The notes under the pieces: generated by a model | What the model saw: the letters and a program-made list of their open reading frames with translations, nothing else | What the model was told of the DNA's origin: nothing | Databases searched by the model: none | Shown: piece after piece, positions 29,690-45,826 of the stretch | Position numbering within the stretch: the first letter of the stretch is position 1 | Layout of the letters: each line of letters starts with the position of its first letter | Position numbers and translations under genes: made by a program | Assembly (NCBI RefSeq): GCF_009914755.1 | Contig: NC_060934.1 | DNA length: 64,000 nt | Direction: 5' to 3' (one strand) | Source: the human T2T-CHM13v2.0 reference genome, Homo sapiens

Positions 29690-31130
29690 ATCGACAATAA
29701 GTGGGGTGCCTTCATTTGCCAGGCACTGTTCCAGGTGTTAAAACGACAACAATCAACGAAATAGGGGAGGAGAATGTATAAATATGTAAACATACATTTA
29801 TATATTTATCTATTTTTCCTCTCTTATACAGGAAGAAAAATAGATAGAAAAATATATAATTGTATCAAGCCCATGAAGCTAAGTAAAGCATGGTGAAGGG
29901 ATTAAGGTCAGGGGAGAGTGCTATTTCAGATGGCCAAAGGAGAAGAAGGCCTATCTGCAAAAGTAACACTTGAGTGAAGACCTGAAAGGAAGAAAGGAGC
30001 CACAAGAAGAACAGAAGGAAGAGTATTTCAGGCAGAGGACAATACATATAAAGGCTAAGGTGAGTACATGCTAGGTGTGTTTGACAAACAAGGAGGTCAC
30101 TGTGACTGGAGTATAGTGAGGGAGGCAGAGTGATTTGAGATGTCCAAAAGGTAAGTAGGGGGCAGACAGACAGACAATACCACAGTCCTGGTGGGGCACG
30201 GTAAGGAACACTGGATTTGGAGTGAGATGTGCAGCAAATGGTAGGTTCCGAGCAGAGTCATGTGCTATGATCTGACTTGTATCAAAATTAAATGATCCCT
30301 CTGGCTGCTGTGTGGAGAACAGACTACAGAGGCCAGGAGTGAAAAATGAAGACACCAACTAAAAGGCTACTGCAACTGACCAGGCAAGAGCTGTTGCAGG
30401 CCTGGAATAGAACGGTGGTGGTGGGGTGGTGAGAAATGGTTGAGATTCCTGATATATTCTCTAAGTTTCAGTGCAAAGACAGGATGTGAAAGCAGGGAGA
30501 GAATTAAAGACATCTCCAAGGCTTCTGGTCCAAGCAACTAGAAAAATGGAATTGTTATGAACTGAAATGAGGCTGACTGAGAAACAGATAAAGGAGGTAA
30601 GAATTCAGTTTGGGGCAAATAAGTTTAAGACTGTTTTTGATATCTAGGTGCATTATTTGAGATTGTTTTCAGTATCTAGATGCATCCAGGCAACTGGATA
30701 TATGAGTCTGGAGTTAGAAGAGAAATAGGTATTGGAGATATAAATTTGGGAGTTATCAGTATATACATGAAATTTAATGAAAGTTAGTTAGGTGAAGTCC
30801 AAGGACCAAATACTGGGACACAAGCACTCCATTAAATGAAGAGCAATGAACAAAGGAGACAAGCAATGAATAAATGGTTACTGAGGTGGAAGAAAAATCA
30901 AGAAAGTGGTATTCTAGACGCCATATAAAAATAGTATTTCAAGGAGAGTGATCAATTGTGTTAATACCAAAAGGTCCAGGAAGAGGAACTCCAATAACTG
31001 ACAATCAAATGTGGCAACATTAGATCACTGTTGACCTTGACGAGACTAGTTTCTGTAGGATGGGATGGAGGTAACATGAGGTAAGCCAACTGAAATGGTT
31101 CAATAGAGAATGGCAGAAGAGGAAGTAGAT
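29690..31130 (-). mobile_element. L2 fragment
   Basis: Purine-rich degenerate L2 motifs (tgccaggcactgttccaggt, ctctggctgctgtgtggagaacagact, ggagatataaatttgggagt). Confidence 0.75.
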
Positions 31131-31136
31131 AGGAAT

Positions 31137-31208
31137 ATAAAAAATTATTTTCCATGAAGGATAGTTATGAAATAAAAAATTATTTTCCATGAAGGATAGT
31201 TATGAAAT
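31137..31208. repeat. Perfect tandem duplication, 2 x 35 bp
   Basis: ataaaaaattattttccatgaaggatagttatgaa twice. Confidence 0.95.
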
Positions 31209-32761
31209 TGAAGGTATTTCAGCATGTTTATAAGTATACAGAAATGATGCCGTACTAAAGTTGGTGATGTAGGATAGGTGGGGAGGAAACATGCAGGAGC
31301 CTACTGTGAGTAACTGAGAAGTGGGCTCTAGCGCACAAGTAGACAGGCCTTAGATGAGGTGAAGGTAGTTCACAAGAAAGGAAACAGCAAACACTGAGGC
31401 AGATGTGGGTAGGCTGGCAGATTTGGTGGATGGAGGATATTTTTCTCTTCCAATTACTTCAGTAATACCAATGACATATGAAACAAAGTTATCAGCTATG
31501 AATGAGGGGCAGAGAGAGGATATTGGCAGTTAGAGAGGAGAACATGTGAAATACTTACCTTGAAGAGAGGTAAAGTAGAAGACTATAGAAACAGTAGAAT
31601 TGCTCGGTCATACTGGGAACCCACTTAAGGTTAGGGATTATGTATCTCAAGTGAGACCAGGAAGTATAACTGTTTTTCTCTTGCTTCTTCATCTATTCCT
31701 CATGAGTACGAGTGCAAAGGAACTAAAAGTAGGAGTTAACCAAGGTTGGAGTTTTTCCAAGGCAAGTATGACAAAAGAAGAGAGATGCTAGGAAAGGATA
31801 AAACAGTAAATTATGTATTCTAAGCTAAGTTGGAGTCAGAGTACTGAAGGGAAGAACCTGGAAATGTGGGATATGGTGGAGAGAGTGGGATACCTACTAC
31901 AAAGATTACAGAGGACATGCAATTACTAGTAATGACAAGATCTAGAATACAATCACGGGGTAGATGGTTGAATTGAAAGAGGACAAGATTACTGGTGCAA
32001 GGTCATGAAACTGAGAGGTCAAGGTATTAGATGGGCTAATACTTGTATTATTCTTAACACACGTATGTTAAGTCTATCAAGAAAAATATCTGAAATGGTA
32101 GGATACAGAAATAAAGACAATGAAGACACTTTTGGGTTTTATTTTTAGGACTGACACTGTAATTTATTCTTATTGGCCACTAAAAACATTTGAGTAGTCT
32201 TCACTTTAGGAAGAGTCATTTCAATATACTGTAGAATGTTAAACACTATTAGTGTGCACAGGAAGAAACTATGTTATTCATTGCATCTGTACTGGGTGCA
32301 CTGGAGAGATGGCATGTTTAGAAGGCAATTTGTGTGGCAGAATTGACTAAAATTATGTGATAACCAAACTATATGTTTAAATTTTTTTCTTGGGCCTTAA
32401 GAAATGATTGTGACTAAGACATCTTTTAACTACTTTAAGGTTAATATGTAAGATATTTACCTCTATTTCCAATGAATGACACATAACAATATGAAAAAAA
32501 TTATTGATAGCCTCCTCTAAAAACAGTTAAACTATGATATAGCCAACTAACAGATAATGTGGCCATCAAAATAATTATGTAAAGACTCTGTAATAAATTC
32601 TGAAGAAAGTTGAATGTGCAGTATAATTATTATCTAAATATCCCCCAAAGCTAGACATTTAAAAACCTGAAAGTAAAATATCAGCTTGAAATGATAAAAA
32701 TTATTTGGTTTAGAAACTACGAGTAACTTTTTCCTTCTAGGTTCTATTTCCAAGTTTCTAT

Positions 32762-33102
<341 letters not shown>

Positions 33103-33184
33103 TGATTAATGTGGTTAAGTGGTAACAGGATGAAAACCACCCCTAGGAATCAACTGCATGCAAAGCATTGTCATACTTCATCTC

Positions 33185-33330
33185 TATGTGCAGTTTAAGG
33201 CACTTTGACAAGCAACATCTTTTTTAAGGTTCAACAAAACTGCTCGAGGTAGGCAGGGCAGATATTTTGTTCCACATTTTCAGATGAAGAAACTGATGTT
33301 CAGAGAATGTAACTGACTTGCCTGTAGCTT
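33185..33330. mobile_element. MIR fragment
   Basis: cacattttcagatgaagaaactga...taactgacttgcc MIR core. Confidence 0.65.
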
Positions 33331-33351
33331 GCAAGAGGTATACTGGAAAGA

Positions 33352-33421
33352 GAGCCCCAGTGTATCGTATTGGCTTTATAACTCACTGAGCCCCAGTGTA
33401 TTATATTGGCTTTATAACTCA
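33352..33421. repeat. Tandem duplication, period 36
   Basis: gagccccagtgtatNNtattggctttataactca twice, 2 mismatches. Confidence 0.93.
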
Positions 33422-34783
33422 TTAATAAATAGTTTAAGATACTTTTTCCTTTAAAACAAATAATGACTACATTTTACTAAACTGGAAGAATTTTGAATGC
33501 AGGGACCTATTAACCTTTGAATTTACCAAATGACATAATTGCTGAATAATCATTTCTACAATGATTTAATTAATTATATATAATAGTTGAGTAACTTCTT
33601 AGTTATGTTTACAAACTGTATTATCTGTCACATCACCAAATCTTTAACAGTCTCGTTCCTCAAAACATAAATAATCCATGTATTCTGAACAAGTGTTTGG
33701 ATGCATGTTTTATAACTTTAATCATATTTAAAATGTAGTATTATAAAATGTAGTATTAGTGGCTTATTTTTAAGAAACAATACATCTTTTGTCAAGTAAA
33801 TAATCATGCTGAATTTTACCAGTTTTCACACGATGATTGCTTAAAATGATGTATATTTAAAGAATAATGTACTAAATAGTTATCAAGGAACATAAAATAG
33901 TTAATTCAGCTATTAGATGCACTGGGAAAATCTGGCTAAAGGAATTTTAGTAAGCTAAATTCCACAATAAAATGAATAGATGAATCTTATCAGGGAGCTT
34001 ACTAAAAATTACCAAAAATGTTCACTGTCTTCTTTCAGATCAAACAATACTTTATGATATTTCAAGTTGCTTCATTTTTAAAACATGACTAACTACAATG
34101 CCAGTGCTTCCAAAACCAACAGTGACCTCACTTTTAAAACATTCTTGTCAGGATAACATTTTCTTTCTAAAACATCACACTCATTCCTTTTAGCCAACCC
34201 TAATTTTGAGTTCCCAAAAGTTTAATCAGCTACATTTTTTTTTCTATCAAATAGGGCAATTGTTACAACATTTTTTTGGAGGAAGGGGAATGTTATTAAA
34301 AAAAAATGGCTTAAATGGTAGTCTAAAAAATGCACTCTTGTCAGGAAGAACGGCTATATTTGGTCACATATCATATTACTAGGGAAAATTTTATCATTTT
34401 ATATGTGTCCATTTTGGTTAAAGACTAAAAGCTGTATTAGAAATCTTCGCATTGACCTAGATCACTTAAATATACAAAATTGATCCCCTTATGCATCCTG
34501 ATTTTTAAACTCCTACCATGGTGCTGAAGTGGTCAGTTAAGGAAGCATCAGGTAAGAGTAGTCCCGGGCTATGAGTTAACCTAGTAGACTCTGGGTTCAC
34601 ACTACAGTGTCAACAGAATGCTGGTATTACAAGGACATGATTTGTGAAATGTTGTAAAAGGTTTTATTGTATCTTTTGACCCACTTTAATGGTATCAAAT
34701 AAACAAATGGCACGCAAGATTCAAGGGGGAAATGTTTATAAAGAAAATTCGTGTTTGAACTCAGAATAAACCAAATAGAATGA

Positions 34784-35207
<424 letters not shown>

Positions 35208-36848
35208 TTAAATATAGTTTCTAACATCATTTAAATGACCTCCTATAAAATTATAAATGTAGTTTAAATGAAAAAATGTGGCTACATTTTATAATCCTAT
35301 GTCAAGTTTCTAAACTGTGAAGTTTTAGCATGAGTTTAAAAAAAAAAGGCCTAGAAAAAGCACTGGTCTGGGAACAGTAAAAATAGTAACCATAATGGTA
35401 ACAGAGCTTACTACAAAATGCTTCCTTTATAAACCAAATCCATGAATTATCTTATTAAATCTCGTAATTATCCTATGGAGTTGAGATATTATTATGTATT
35501 ATTATTACAGAAGGAAAAACAAAAACTCAAGAGTAAATTAATCTCTCTTGGGTCACAGAAGTAATAAATTACAGAAATTAAAAATTGAGTATTCATGGAC
35601 AAACAATGAAGTTTTAAACTGTTTAAGAAGCACATTCATTGTTTTTACATGCTGTAAAGGTGCATGAAACTCCAAAAATGTTTCTGAAAAGCTTTCTAAA
35701 AAGAAGTGATTGTGTATGAACATCTTTGCCTTTCATATGAGAAAGTGAGGGGAAAATGTAACTTTTCTACCATATAGTGTAGTTGGATAAAAGACACTAC
35801 TGGTCCTGTCATTTTTAAAATAGGAGCTTTGCTACTTAAAAAATGTAAAACTTATTGAACTGGGTAATTATCTCTAAGATCTCTTTCTGCACTAAAACCT
35901 GCTTAAACCTGGAAATAGAATTGTTTATCTAATCATTAAAAAGAATTAATTCCACCACCTTATGACTGAATTAAAGTACCTTCCAGCAAATCCTTGATAT
36001 AATATTAATGCAGAAAAGTTTTAAAGATGGTCTTAGATCTAAGAGAAGAAAATTAAAGGTCTCTTGCCTCCTTTTAAATGACATTTACATTGGAAAGACA
36101 TCTTCTATGACTGTTTTTCAGAATGTAGACTGGGACTGATTCACGGGTCATGAAATCAATTTAATGATTTACAAACAGCATTAAAAAAAACTGAAAGCAA
36201 AAGAATAAGAAAATGCCTGATAATTATATTGTAAATAGTAAGGGTTAAGAATTACTTCATAAAATCTATCTGCTTACATAACTGTGCACTCAGTCACGAT
36301 GTAAAATGTATTTTTTTAGCATGAGCATCAATCCAAAGAGATTGAAAGACACTATGCTAGAGTGCCAAAGTATATTTTGCATGTAATATATATCACATGA
36401 AAAGAGTAATTTCATTAAATTCTGATGACTGGCATTTCTAGGATCTATACCTAAAATATTTTGCTTTTTATAATTACAGTAAAATTACTGACATGCTGAA
36501 GAGCCAACTCGACGAAACATGCAAAGAAATTCTAGGAATGCAGCTTGATCAACAGTGTTCCAAAGAAACATCAACATAAAACTATTTGTGAAGAAACAAA
36601 TACAATGTTTAAAGAAGGTATCTGAAGGAAACCACGCTCCTTGGAGAAATGGTGTTTCCAAGTCTTGGCAGAAAAATACAAGGTGAAAGGGGAACATCTT
36701 ACTGTGTCAGAAAGCAAAAAAGCTATCAAAGATTAGGTTGTGTCAAAGGATGTAGAAGTCAGCTTAACGGTTTCCCACTGATCAAAGATGAACAACTTGG
36801 GCATCAAAGAGAATGGCAGATTGAAACACAAACATTATAAAAATTCAA

Positions 36849-37143
36849 GGCTGGGTGTGGTGGCCTCATACCTGTAATCCCAGCACTTTGGGAAGCTGAG
36901 GCAAGCGGATTGCTTGAGCCCATGAGGTTGAGATCAGCCTGAGCAATGTGGTGAAACCCTATCTCTACAAGAAAAATACAAAAATTAGCCACCAGGCATG
37001 GTAGCATGTGCCAGTAGTCCTAGCTACTCAGGAGGCTGAGGCTGCAGGGAGCTGAGAGCTCCACTGCACTCCAGACTGGGCAACAGATCCAGACTTGTCT
37101 TAAAAAAAAAAAAAAAGAAAAAGAAAAAGAAAAGAAAAGAAAA
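36849..37143 (+). mobile_element. Alu (J-type) with right-arm deletion
   Basis: Alu consensus; aaaattcaag on both sides. Confidence 0.9.
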
Positions 37144-38075
37144 TTCAAGAGTTCAAATAAAACAACACTGATCACCTCCATGATTGCTAGGGTTTCAACT
37201 TAATATTCTAAAATCTAGTAAACGGAAGAATCAGGCATTTTTTTCTTCTGTTTCCTCCACCAATGTTATTGTAGTTGTATCCAGAGAGTTTACAAGGACA
37301 CGTTCTTTGCAAGAATTCCAGTTTGGAAGAAAAGAATGCAGGACAGATATACAAAGTCACCAAATTATAATCCATAATGAAATAATAAATGATTATCCTT
37401 GGCTGTTAAAAACCATAGATAAAAGACTGATAGAGAACTTTATATTGGATGGGTTAGGCTGGCAACACCTAACATTTTAACATCATCAATTTTAACATTA
37501 CTGAAAGTGGGACAAAGCCTCCTACTAGAAGCTAGTAGGAAGTACATCTAATAATATGAATATTATTCCCCTAAAAGAGAACTGAATCTAATCAGTCCTC
37601 TAGATCTAACTGCGAGGTTATAGGAAATACAAGGGCCAGAAAAAAATGTAAAAAAAGACCACAAAGATGCAATCAACTAAATTCAAAATATGGAAAATTC
37701 TACAAGACCTAGTCTCTTCAATAAATAATGACAAGAAAAAAAGAGGACAGGAAATTGTAGTAGGCTAAAAGAAACTTAAAAGACTCACTTTAATGTAATA
37801 TTGTAGACCTTGTTTGGATTCCGATTTGAACAAATCAAAACAGTATTTTTTCCAGAATTGGGCAATATGAATACAGACTGGATATTAATGACTTATTTTT
37901 TATTTAGTTAAGTATGATAATGATAATGTGGTTTTGTTAAAAAGAGATAAAATATTTTCTATAAGAATAAAGCATGACATACATACAGCAATTTAATTAG
38001 TAGATTAATATGTAAAGAAATACTTTGACATATACATAGTTCCTTTCCAACAACATTTCATTTTTTTGGTAGATA

Positions 38076-38456
38076 CAAGCTGAGCATCTCTGCTCTGAAA
38101 ATCTGAAATGCTCCAAAATCTGAAACTTTTTGAATGCCTATATGACACCACAAGTGGAAAATTCTACACCTGACTTCATGTGATGTTTGAAGTCAAAACT
38201 CAGTCAAAACTTTGTTTTATGAACAAAATTATTAAAAATATCATGGAAAATTACCTTCAGGCTATATGTATAAGGTGTGTGTGTGTGTGTGTGTGTATGT
38301 ATACATGTATGTATATAAAAATTAATGTAATGTTTAGTCCTGGGTGCCATCCCTAAGGTATCTAATTATGTATATACAAATATTCCCAAATCTGAAAAAG
38401 TCCAAATCTAAAACACTTCTGGTCTGAAGGCTTTCAGATAAGGGATATTCAACTTG
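38076..38456. mobile_element. Tigger4/MER46-like TcMar DNA transposon
   Basis: TA flanks; TIR-like ends caagctgagcatct / ggatattcaacttg; aaatgctccaaaatctgaaactttttga. Confidence 0.82.
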
Positions 38457-38676
38457 TATTAGAATTCCAAATCACTAAAAACACTCTCACCCAACTTCCT
38501 ACCTTTAAAAGAGGGTATTAAGGATACCTCAGTTGAGTAAATGTCAAACAACTAAGTTTTGTTTTTGTTTCCTGATGTTTTTCCATTTATAAAGTAAACA
38601 TACACTTCACATATAATACTTTAAAATATCACAAATGTATAATTATGTCACCATAAATACAGTATTAAAAACTTAC

Positions 38677-38874
38677 AAAACAGCAGAGCTGAGGAGCAAG
38701 CACATTTCATCATCCTCTTCTTGAAGCACTGAACTTATTTTCTTTCCTGTAGCTTTACTTATAGATGTCTTGAGTTTCTTAGCTAGCTTTTTTGGTGTGT
38801 TGGTTATAGAAGATTCTTCTGTACAGCAACTATATACTTCCACCTTTATCTGAAAGTCTGGCCCTGCTTCATTA
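38677..38874 (-). CDS. RTKN2: RTKN2 exon 6, anillin-homology domain (NEAGPDFQIKVEVYS...LLLSSAV)
   Basis: ttttag|TAATG ... GTTTT|gtaagt; 198 nt, phase 2 to 2. Confidence 0.96.
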
Positions 38875-38959
38875 CTAAAAACAAGGGCATTCATAATGTT
38901 GGAAATTTAACTCAGTAGAAAATAAAATTATACCATTCTTTTATGTTTATGTAACATTT

Positions 38960-39875
38960 AAAATCAGCATTTAACATCAGGAAAATGCAAATTAAAACCA
39001 CTATGAGATACTACTTCACACCCATAAGGATGGCTATTATCAAAAAGGCATGAGATAAATTGTTGACGAGGGTATGGAGAAAAGGGAACCCTAGTACACT
39101 GCTGGCGGAGTCATTATGGAAAGCAGTATAGAGGTTCCTAAAGAAATTAAAAGGGAAACTACTACATGATCCAGCAGTCCTTCTTCTGGGTTTATACTGG
39201 AAGGAGTAAAATCATTACCTTGTGAAGTTATCTGCACTCCCCTGTTCATTGCAGCATTATTCACAATAGCCAAGATATTGAAGAAACTATAAGAATGCAG
39301 CATTATTCACAATCGCCAAGGTATGTCCATCAATGGTAAAACAGATAAAGAAAATAAGCTACGTGTGTATACACACACACAACGGACAACCATTCTGCCT
39401 TAAAAAAGGAGATCTTGCCATTTGCTACAACACGGATGAACTTGGAGGATATTAAGTTAAATAAGCCAAGCATAGAAATGAAAATATTGTGTGTTCTCAA
39501 TTATATGTGGAATATTAAAAAAAAAAGAGCTCAAAACCATAGAAATAGAGAAAAAAACAGTGGTTACCATGGGCAAGGACTGGGGGAGAGGAAATGGGGA
39601 GATATAGGTCAAAGGACACAAAATAGCAGATATGTAGGATGAATAAGTTTAGAGATATAATGTACTGTAAAAACATGAGGTGAATGTTAATCAAATCATG
39701 TTAGAGATTTTTGTTAAATAGATTTTAGCTGCTTTTGTCACAAAAAGTAACTATGTGAGATGATAGATGTTAATCTGTTTGATTATAGTAACATTTTACT
39801 ATTTATATGTATCCTGTAACATCGTGTTATAAACCTCAAATATACACAATAAAATTTCTTTTTAAAATAAATAAA
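38960..39875 (+). mobile_element. L1MA-type 3' fragment
   Basis: gaaaatgcaaattaaaaccactatgagata, ttgccatttgctacaacacggatgaacttggagga, aataaa end. Confidence 0.88.
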
Positions 39876-42258
39876 AGACTGCAGGGGAGCCAAGAGAAGA
39901 TTGCAAAATCTCCTCAATAAGTGCAAGGTTTATGGGAAAAAAAATAAGAATTTGGAATAAGTTTATGTTAATGTATGTTAATGAGACAGAATCTCTCAGT
40001 GTTTATTTAGCATCTAAATGGCCTGAGAGAGTTACCGCAACTTTCACAGATATCAGCTTCAAAACTAGGGCAATCTTAACTCAATTTAACCAATATATAC
40101 ATAGGCATGTTAAAGAAAGCATAAAATACCCTGGTCATTTTGTTGCCAATACTATTTCTCCTTGTCATTCCTTTAATACATTTTTAAGGTATTTATATGT
40201 GTAATTTTCTGAAATGACTGTTCTTCCAAAAAAAATCTGCTAAACCTTTAGTTTTCATTTCTTCTTTATAAAGAGTCACTTATAGTGCACTCGTCACTGT
40301 GTCCCCTGACCCTCCCCCACTTTTGTACCTAATAACTATAAATAACATTTTACTATCTGGTTATACAGGGGAAAAATGTACTTCAAAGCATGAACTCCTT
40401 GAGAATGGGTGCTGTCTGGGTGATCTTTGTGTTCTTAATCTAGTATTGGCCTGGAATGTAGGAGGTATTAGATATATATTTATCAAATAAATACGCAAAA
40501 TTCTGCAATTTTAGCAAATGTTAAGATTGGCTTTACCCTTTTTCAGACACAACGAACTACCTTTGAACTACCTTTAGCATTAAAGACTGTGGTGGTGTTA
40601 CTAACAATAAAATATACTTAAGACTGCAAAAGAGGTCCATCAGCAGCAGATGTTACTTGCAGATGGAAGATCCATCAGTTTCAGAGATTTAAAAAATGGA
40701 GCACAGACTTTTAAAGATATAAATGGCCAATCTATAGTTTGAAAAAATCCCAGGAATAACTTCCAGCTATTTTTATAGTTTATTATTTGGCAACTTTTAA
40801 ACATGCAGTATTCCTGGTAATGACTAACAAATGTCAATATTTAGAGAAAAACCAGAGATTCATAAATATTGAATACTTATTAAAAACAATCATCATAACA
40901 AAAAGCACATTTTTCAACATGTAGAACATTTGTCAGCAGTTATTTTTAGTACAATTTAAAATATTTACAGAATTCTCAAAAAATTATAAATCATGTGTTG
41001 TCTTCCTCAGTAACTTCTATTGTTCTTTCCCTGGAAAAAAAAGTCTGATTTTTGTCTCCATGATCAAAACAAACAATAGCAAAATGATGTGAAGAAAAGG
41101 GCCCATCAACTGGTAATTTTGGCAGAAAAAAAAGTTCACTAGCAATAGTTGATAATGGAAATAAATGTATTCAGATAACCAAGAAAAAAGTAATTTTTTT
41201 AGCCTCAATTATATAAGCATTTGGGGATATGTTTTGGATCCTAAATAAATTCCTTTGGTTCAATACAGCTTGTAAGAAGGCCTGAATTACTACTTATAAC
41301 TCAGAACAATGCATTTTATTTTTCCAGGCTATACTATTACTATGAGACACTGGACCAGAAGCTACAAAATATGGTTTGCTATAGGTTTTTTTAATGTTAT
41401 GTGAGTGGCAAAACTAGGCCTCTAAAATCTCACCTGTCTAGCTCCATAGCTGAAAATGGCAAAAACCATGCACATGGATTTTTATATTAATAGTTAGTAG
41501 CTATTAACATTTAGATCTAAAGATCGTGTCTTTAAAAGTCTAAAATACAAATCCCACACTGATTTAGGCACATAGAACCTTTGAAGGAGGGCAGGAAAAA
41601 CTATGTAAGTTAAAAATGATTTCTATGGCTACCCAAGGAGTTCCTTCTTGTTCTGTATTATGACCACAATAAAATGAGCCTGTAAAAGAGCAGGGACAAT
41701 AAAAACAGCCCTGAGATCACCCATTTTTTTTTATTGCTTTGAAGTACATGAAAGAAGTGCACCATAAGAAAAAGAACACCCCAAAATTTCAAAGTGCTCT
41801 TCCTATATAGCATGTACTTCAGGACTATCTTGTAAATAAAGTTGCTATACTATTTTAGTATTTCTGCAACCAAATATCCTACATGAGATAAAAATCCTGT
41901 TTTATGCTTAAATTCTCTCTATATCAAATAACATTACAGGATATTCTGTTGTATGCATAGCTTTGTTAATAACTGAACTATATTTATTAACAATTTAAAA
42001 ATGGGTCATATCTAATAAGTCAAATATTTACTGCTAATAGTAATTACAAGATTTCCATTTTTATTTCACATCAGAAAACTGCAGATAGAGAAATGGACTT
42101 CTTCTGAACAAAATAATTTTTAAAATCATATTAAACATTTAAAGATCACTTAAACATTTAAACATAAAATGAATCCAAAGAACCAATAATAAGAACTTTC
42201 TTTTAAAAAAGAAGAATTTTAAATTATTTTTATTCTCTGAAGATTAAAAAATACTTAC

Positions 42259-42376
42259 AATATGGTTACATTTTCAAAACATATATCTGTGATTGTTTTA
42301 TCCACATTCACCACATCAGTATCAAACACATTAGCTCCCATTTTGAATAAACAAAAAATGGCATAGCGTCGTGATC
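42259..42376 (-). CDS. RTKN2: RTKN2 exon 5 (RSRRYAIFCLFKMGANVFDTDVVNVDKTITDICFENVTI)
   Basis: cctccag|GATCA ... ATATT|gtaagt; 118 nt, phase 1 to 2. Confidence 0.96.
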
Positions 42377-43751
42377 CTGGAGGAAAAATAACAACATATT
42401 AAGCAACAATCCATGTAATAAATCATTGTTAAAATCTACTTGAAAATAAATATTAGGTTAAATATTATTAATAGATTCTTTTCATACATTGTATACTGTA
42501 ACCCTTAAGTCTTACAGTGACTGTTCTCCCAGTATATAGGAATACCTTACTCAACTAGAACACAATTAAACAAGGAAGCAAAAAATAAAGTTAAATATAC
42601 AGGCCTCTCAGCAGCCTAAAGAAACCACCAAACTCATAAATTTTATTCCTATTAAACTTCTTAAGCTTTAATTAATAGTAAACTTTATATACACACATGC
42701 GCGGGCATGCAAGCGTGCACACACACACTACTACTACCGCTGTCATTTTGGTTTCCAAGTCTATTTAAGAAAAAGATGTTTTTTATTAGAAGAGGTTAAG
42801 AGTAGGCACATTAACGACAGCAAAATATTTTCCACCAAACTAACAGCAAGGGAGGAAACCACAAGAAAAAAAAAAAACAAAACAATAAAATAGACATGAG
42901 AACACAAAAAACATAGCTGCTGGGCCTTTTGATTTGGTGATGTTTTAAAAGTATTAGGTGATTAAAAGGCTAAATCCTCATTATTGAGAAAATGTAGCTC
43001 TTCAGAAAAACTTACTCTCTTTAGTAATCAGAAAGCTTTACTTAATTCCCACATGTATTCCTTTGTAAAGTAAATTATATTTCCTAATTGAATAATAAAT
43101 ACTAACCTGATTTTAAATTCTTCATATAAAACTAATTGTGCTTAATATGATTCAGTTTTTAAAGTACAAGGAACAAAGCTATCACAATAGACAAGAAAGA
43201 TAAAGTATTATCATATCTTTCCTGCTTTGCCTCTAATAGCTAGAAATCATTCGAGGTTAATTTCCATGACCTAAGCAATACACGGATTTGTAAAGACTGT
43301 ATAAAACCATAAAATATTGAAGGAAAAAAATCAGATCAAGCTAAAAATCTTTCCCTATTTCATCCTGTTAAATAACCTGAAGTAATGAAATAAGGCAGAA
43401 AAATCTTCCAGATTCTGGTCAAATACAAGAAATGTTGGCTTTACCTTTATTCGCTAAACATTTTCTTTTGTTCCATATTTCCCTTCCCCCGTTCCCACTC
43501 TGAACCCGGTACTTACTGTCCTAGCACTGGTTCCTATCAACAACTAAAAGTACACTACATATGCACTATATTAATTAGTATCAAGTGACTGCAACATATT
43601 TATATTAAAAATCAGAAAACAGTTCAAGATGCTGCTTATTCTTTCAAATGACATCAATTTATTTCAGCAAGGAAGCAGTCTTTTTTCTCAATAATCAGAT
43701 ACACTACATACTAAAGAAAACATTTCAAGTACAAATTAAAATCATACATAC

Positions 43752-43805
43752 GTTCTTTATTGCTGAAGTGATCAGAGTCTTTCCACATTAGTGGTATTCG
43801 AATAT
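43752..43805 (-). CDS. RTKN2: RTKN2 exon 4 (DIRIPLMWKDSDHFSNKE)
   Basis: ctttatag|ATATT ... GAAC|gtatgt; 54 nt, phase 1 to 1; RIPLMWK motif. Confidence 0.95.
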
Positions 43806-44187
43806 CTATAAAGAAGGGAAAAAGAAATGACAAGTAATAATTTTGGTAAGTTTTATTCTTTACAGTGACCTGAACCTCTGCATTCCATAATAATTCTGAC
43901 TACTATAGCTAAAATAAAGTGTTATTATTTAACAGCACATTTTCTAGACATTGTTTATAGTTTGTACTTTTAAAAAGTTAATCTGTCAAATTTTTGTGAG
44001 GTAAAAATATATTCTTCTTATAAAAATAACTGTTCTAACTCCATATATATCTGTTTCTTCCTTACTGATTAATTATGACATCTTTATCATATATGCCATT
44101 CTGAGTAAATGTCTGTTCCTTGGCTATACTTTTATGAATTTGAATCATTTATTAATTACTGTCTAGCTAAATACCAACACCATACTA

Positions 44188-44755
<568 letters not shown>

Positions 44756-45231
44756 AACACTATACTACTGTTAACTATTGTACCTTTATAATATACTTAC
44801 TAATTTGTTAGATATATTTCTTTTTTGAAAACACCTTACTCTTACTTGCTAATTTCTTTATATAAATTTTAGAACAAATTTTGTCAAAATTTCCCTTTCC
44901 CAAGTGTTTTATTAGTATTCCATTATCCAAATTAATTTGGGAACTGATAACTTTATAATATTCTATCTTTACACAGAATAGCATAATAATTTGTCTTTAC
45001 ATTTTTATTAAGGTTATTCTTGAATAATTAATATTTTTGTTTTTTGGAGGTTTTCTTGTAAAGGGTATCTTTTTGCTATTATATTTTCTAATTAGTTATT
45101 GTTGATTTTAAGATAAACTACCACTTTTTGTATATTTATCTTGAATCCAGCCACTTTTACTGAATTCTTTATTCATTCAAATAGTGTTGCAGTAAATTCT
45201 CTTAAGTTTTGTAAGTCTACAATCTATTACC

Positions 45232-45539
45232 TTTTTTTTTTTGAGACAGCGTCTTGCTCTACCACCCAGGCTGGAGTGCAATCGTGCGATCTCACTGCAA
45301 CCTCCATCCTCCCCTACCACCCCTGCCCCCGGGGTTCAAGTGATTCTCCTGCCTCAGCCTCTGGAGTAGCTGGGTTTACGGGCATGCACCACCACACCCG
45401 GCTAATTTTTTGATTTTCAGTAGAGACAAGGGGTTCACCATGTAGGCCAGGTTGGTCTCGAACTCCTGACCTCAAGTGATCTGCCTGCTTTGGCCTCTCA
45501 GTGTGCTGGGATTACAGGCATGAGCCACTGTGCTGGGCC
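45232..45539 (-). mobile_element. Alu (S-type) with a C-rich internal insert
   Basis: Reverse Alu; TSD ctacaatctatta on both sides. Confidence 0.9.
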
Positions 45540-45574
45540 TACAATCTATTATCTTCAAACAGTATTCAATTTAT

Positions 45575-45826
45575 CTATTTATTTACTTTTTAAATTTTAT
45601 TATTATTATACTTTAAGTTTTAGGGTACATGTGCACGACGTGCAGGTTTGTTACATATGTATACATGTGCCATGCTGGTATGCTGCACCCATTAACTCAT
45701 CATTTAGCATTAGATATATCTCCTAATGCTATCCCTCCCCCCTCCCCCCACCCCACAACAGTCCCCAGTGTGTGATGTTCCCCTTCCTGTGTCCATGTGT
45801 TCTCATTGCTCAATTCCCACCTATGA
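45575..45826 (-). mobile_element. L1PA 3' end, 5'-truncated
   Basis: tattatactttaagttttagggtacatgtgcac...cctcccccctccccccacccc, primate L1 3' UTR. Confidence 0.93.
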